A stretch of 63,923 nt of DNA, filler included, from Folioceros fuciformis (Eukaryota), in the NCBI GenBank assembly GCA_049999805.1. It is 18 parts of 18 records of this genome, joined end to end, with 100 filler letters (N's around TTAATTAATTAA, not from the genome) between each part and the next. Parts side by side here need not be neighbours in the genome. Positions count along the whole stretch, not along the records: positions 59,845 to 62,752 come from JBNGIO010002382.1; positions 62,853 to 63,923 come from JBNGIO010002411.1; 16 more parts are not named here. One strand, given 5' to 3'. How positions within the stretch are numbered: position 1 is the stretch's first letter; the number at the start of each line of letters is the position of its first letter. A program made the position numbers and the translations under genes. Positions 59,845 through 63,923 of this stretch are shown here, piece after piece. The notes under the pieces were generated by a model. That model did not search any database and was not told where the DNA came from. It was given only the letters and a program-made list of their open reading frames with translations.

Positions 59845-60432
59845 TGTCATTTAACTCACTTTCCCCCTCTGATGCGAGATCCCCTTGAGCGCCTGGAGCC
59901 ACTGGTGGCACCACAACCAGAGTAGGGGGCTCAGCATCATCATGTGGGTAAAGACAGACATCAGAGTCATCCTCATCCGGCTGGATAGCTCCCTCTGATT
60001 GCAAAAGGGCATCAAGAGGAGATAACTGAACGGGCGGTGAAGGTTCCATAAAGGTGACACTCCGAGTGAGGGTAACTGTTCGAGAGCGGGCATCATACAG
60101 TCGATAGGCCTTGGCCGTCTCACTGTACCTGATGAAGAGGAGGGCCTGGGCTCGATTGTCAAGCTTCTTTCGCTTTTCGGCTAGAATATAAGCATATGCC
60201 CGGGAGCCGAAAACGTGAAGGTGAAGAAGGCTAGGCTTACGACGCCAGAAGACTTCAAAGCGGGTCTTGCCAGGAACAGAGCTTGTAAGAACTCTGTTAA
60301 GAATATATGTAGCAGTGACAATAGCCTCCGCCCAGAAATCCTGAGGTAAGCTAGCCCATAAGAGCATACTTCTGGTCATAGAGGGCAAAGTCTGATTTTT
60401 ACGCTCAGCAACTCCGTTTTGTTGTTCTGTGT
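59845..60432 (-). mobile_element. Copia integrase fragment
   Basis: QQNGVAERKNQTL, FWAEAIVTATYILNR, HVFGS; close to element 1. Confidence 0.9.
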
Positions 60433-62752
60433 TGTGGGGTTAAAATATGGTACCCGGGGGTACTGCGAGGTCCACACAAAGACCTCTATGTCGTTGTAGC
60501 TTTGGGATTTGATCCCAAGGGAATGATTTGTGTTAAACTACACGGGTTAGCTTCTAAAGTCAATTAGCACCTAAAGCTCGACTGACCCACGCACACACGT
60601 CCAGTGCTCGGACCTTACTAAGCCCCCTTACTTCCCCACCGGACGACCCCTCAACCACCCGGTTGCCCCAGGGGCTACCTCCTCCTAGACTACCCTTGGT
60701 TGCCCACCGGGCTACCTCCGTTGCCTTTCGGGCGACGGTCGCCTGACGGTGTACCGCTTGTGGGTCCCACTCTCTCTCTCACTCAATTCCCCCTCTCTAG
60801 GATTTTCTCTTCGACAAGGTCGTTCCTACCCGACTGATTACCTCCTGCCCGCGCATCCTCTTTGGCGCTTCCCTTCCTTAGATACGCCCCCGGCGGTCTC
60901 CATTCAGCTTCGCATCCTATTCTAGCCTGCATTTACTGTCGCCGTTTTCCATGCCGCGGGCGGCTTCCTCCTGGCCTTCGCGTGTCACCCCTTACTATTC
61001 CTCCTCTCGCTCTTCTACCCCTCCGTTGGTCCAGTAGATCCTCCCAGAGGATCTCCACATCACTGCTGCTGCTTCTGGACCTAGCTGGTGGCGCAGGTGG
61101 GTCCCGCCGCTGTGGTCCACCACCCCTCCTCCTTCTCTGGTTGCTGAGGACAGCCACAAGCCCCCGTTCTACCCAGCGCTAGGCCTCCTCTTCCGTCAGT
61201 TCCTCCAGAACTGCCTCTGCATAGCAGTGGGGCAGTCCTGTCACCCACCATCTGTAGTGGTAGAGTCCCAGGCGCGTCCTCAGCTGTAGGACGTAGCCCC
61301 GCGTCCCTCCTGTGCCCATACGTACATACAGAAACAGCTTTAGAACTCTGGCCCCTTCTACATACAGGCCTGGCGCATAGGAGGCCTCCTCCTCACACTG
61401 TAGCACAATCCGACCTTCTGTCATAACAGAGGTGCTTACCCCGTCCTCCCTTGGGCTACCTCGGGTTGCCTGCTCCCCCTCCTGCTGAGGTACCTGAAGG
61501 TTCTCTGCCTGCCCAGCTGTTGCCTCCTCCGGCTCTATCCTCCTGGTACGAGTCACCCTCCTGGAGCGCCGAGGGGCAGGCGCCCCTACTGCTTCCTCCT
61601 TCGTTTCCAGGGTTGGTTCTTCCGCTATCCTGGGCCTTGCTGGACCACCGGTAGCCTCGTCGGCTACCCGACTACCGGTAGTCCCCTTAACTACCGTTCC
61701 CCTGGTTCGGCTACCGGTAGCCCCTTCTGCTACTGGGGGCATCAACTGACTTAGGCACCTAGCCTTGCTCTTCCCCTTCACTCTCTCTCTGGCCTCATCC
61801 CGCTCCCGCTTGTATCTGTCAGCCAACTTCTGAGCCTGCTCCACAGCGGCTATCTCCATCTCCTGTGCCCTAGCCATTTCTTGTTGCATCTCCAGGTTAG
61901 TCTCGTGAGCCGCCCTCACCTAAGCTAGTAGGGTCCCCTGTTGCTCTTTCAGTGCCTGCACTTCAGCCCTCGCCTCGCGCGCCTTTTCCTCGGCTTGAGC
62001 CTTCTCCCTGTCCAGGACCCGCTGCTTCTCCTCCATCAGTTGTCGCGCCATCTCCGACTCCGCCAATTGCTTCCTTGCTTCAGCCTCTCGCTCACGAGCC
62101 TTCTCCTCCTTTCCCCAAGCCTCGGTCTCTCGCTCCGCTTGTACACTTAACCAGGTCAGGGCCCTAGCAGCCTGATCCAGGAGGTCTGCTTGGGCCTGCA
62201 CCATCGCAGCAGTCAGCCCGGGTAGGTCCACCTCGTGCACCCCTCCAGTGCCCATTCCTCTCGCCGTGATTTGTCTGCCCAGGAATTCTCGCAACTTGTC
62301 CAGGTCCCCCACCTGCAACCTGTCTCTCTGAGGCCTGCACCTGAAAATGTCCTTCCACCTTGAGGAACCCTCCTGTGCTGAAGCGTGCCCTAACTTATCC
62401 TCCTGTCTGGAGGAAACTGTGTCGGCTGCCATCACCTGATCCGGTGGCTCCTTGGGTCTTGTCCCACCCTGACCTTGCTCCTCCAACCTTCAGTTCTTGA
62501 TTCCCTGGACAGTTGGTTCTCGTTCTGCCTCCTACTGACCTGTCTGCTCCAGGGCTGTCCCCCCTTCCTCCTAATCAGCCCCCATGCTCACACTTTGTCC
62601 TCTGATCCTTTTCCTCTTGGTAGGAGTCTTCTTTTGTGGGGCCATCCTCTTCCTGGGCTTGACTGGGGTTTCCTCCTGCGAGCTATTCCCACTGTCAGCT
62701 TCCCAACTGCTGGAGGCAGCCCTTGCTGGCTCAGCGGGCTTCCACTTCACAT
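60433..62752 (-). mobile_element. Family B-related element end with long decayed extra ORF (62752 to 60933)
   Basis: Terminus homologous to 22202 and 30696. ORFs 61920..62486, 61179..61919 and 60933..61157 are one frame broken by single TAG stops. Confidence 0.75.
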
Positions 62753-63473
62753 NNNNNNNNNNNNNNNNNNNNNNNNNNNNNNNNNNNNNNNNNNNNTTAA
62801 TTAATTAANNNNNNNNNNNNNNNNNNNNNNNNNNNNNNNNNNNNNNNNNNNNCCTTTTGTTGTGAGTGTATGGACAGACCTATAGACCGGCTGATAGGTA
62901 GAAGTGTGATAGGTAGTGTTCCTTGGCACTAATTCACTCCCTTGGGAGCGAACCATAGGACTGCAACGACAATAGGGGGATGTGTGGCCCCTTGGGTGGT
63001 TCTTGGGTGCAAGAAATCACTCCACACTGAGCGAAGGATATAGCCAAGCTCTTCAAGCTCCCGCATCACTATACTATATGTACTCTCCAGTTGTTAAGGG
63101 TTGCGACAGTTCATCCTCGGCAGGTGTCTTAGCCAGTAGCACCTCAAGTTCCCGTGCTTTCTTCTTTGCAGATGAGATGAGGTCTTCCAGTTCGTTTCAC
63201 ATCTCGAGCACCTTGATCTGATGCCACAGCAGCTCCATGTTAGCCTTATTTGGCCACGATGACTTCCCAGTTACAAAGGGAGATGACGGAGTAGGAAGTT
63301 GTTCAGGTGGCGGATTTCTCAGATGCTTGATGCTGCTGCTACCCATCTCCAAGGAGTCAAAGTTGCTGCAAGCCGTCTTGTAGGAGAGAGTGGTGACGAT
63401 GGTAGCGCACTACCGTGATTGGAAGAAAAGCCCCTACTGATCTATTGAAGTCTTGCTTCTGCTAAGCGCCAAG

Positions 63474-63923
63474 TGTGAACCTCCAAAGTTTGGGGTAGTA
63501 GTTTGTTTTGGTTGAAAAAGGGTTAATAGTGGTATGGTTTGGTTTTCTTTTTCTACTTCTTTTCCCTAATTTTTTTAATTTTCTGATCATTTTTCCTATT
63601 TTTCTTTGTGCTAATTAGGTTAATTGACTAGGAAATAGTTGGTTTAGTTATTAGAGTGGGTACATGTCTGGTCCCAGACCTGGGAAAGTTTAAGTCCAGT
63701 ACCGAGCCATAGGGTTGGGAAAGTTTGAGTCTAGGTCTGGTGATTAGTTTATAATAATTAAATATATATAATATTAAATGATTAAATAATAATAAAATGA
63801 TAAATGATAAAATAATGGTCTGAACATAGGAACGGGAATATGTGGGGTATGTCAGTGTCAAGGGTCAGGGTCTTATGTCAGGCTGGCTGATTGCCTGGCT
63901 GGCCTGAACGGTCATGGAGGCCG
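63474..63923. repeat. LTR family A terminus
   Basis: Matches 31020 and 49550. Confidence 0.85.

Noticed and set aside
7822-62852. ORFs ending in X runs or LIN, recurring TTAATTAATTAA, and gene neighbourhoods across spacers
   Set aside because: Artificial linkers; contigs are not known to be adjacent.

Overview
Eukaryotic plant-lineage (probably non-seed streptophyte; inference) draft assembly: 18 short contigs joined by 17 artificial 100-nt spacers (N44-TTAATTAATTAA-N44), so adjacency across spacers is meaningless. Most of the window is nested retroelements: about a dozen Ty1/copia copies or fragments, several high-copy LTR families, a LINE remnant and a pogo DNA-transposon end. Host genes are a tRNA-iMet gene, partial EXORDIUM/PHI-1 and DUF1005 genes, a pathogen-related-protein pseudogene, and the standout: a 4-exon gene (10229-11967) that joins an OSB-type PDF single-stranded-DNA-binding motif to a C-terminal DYW cytidine-deaminase domain with intact catalytic motifs and no PPR repeats. 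Second highlight: two divergent copia elements each carry an extra ORF (basic N-terminus, CxxC, coiled coil) between the PBS and gag. All family calls are from motif recognition by eye; no searches were run.
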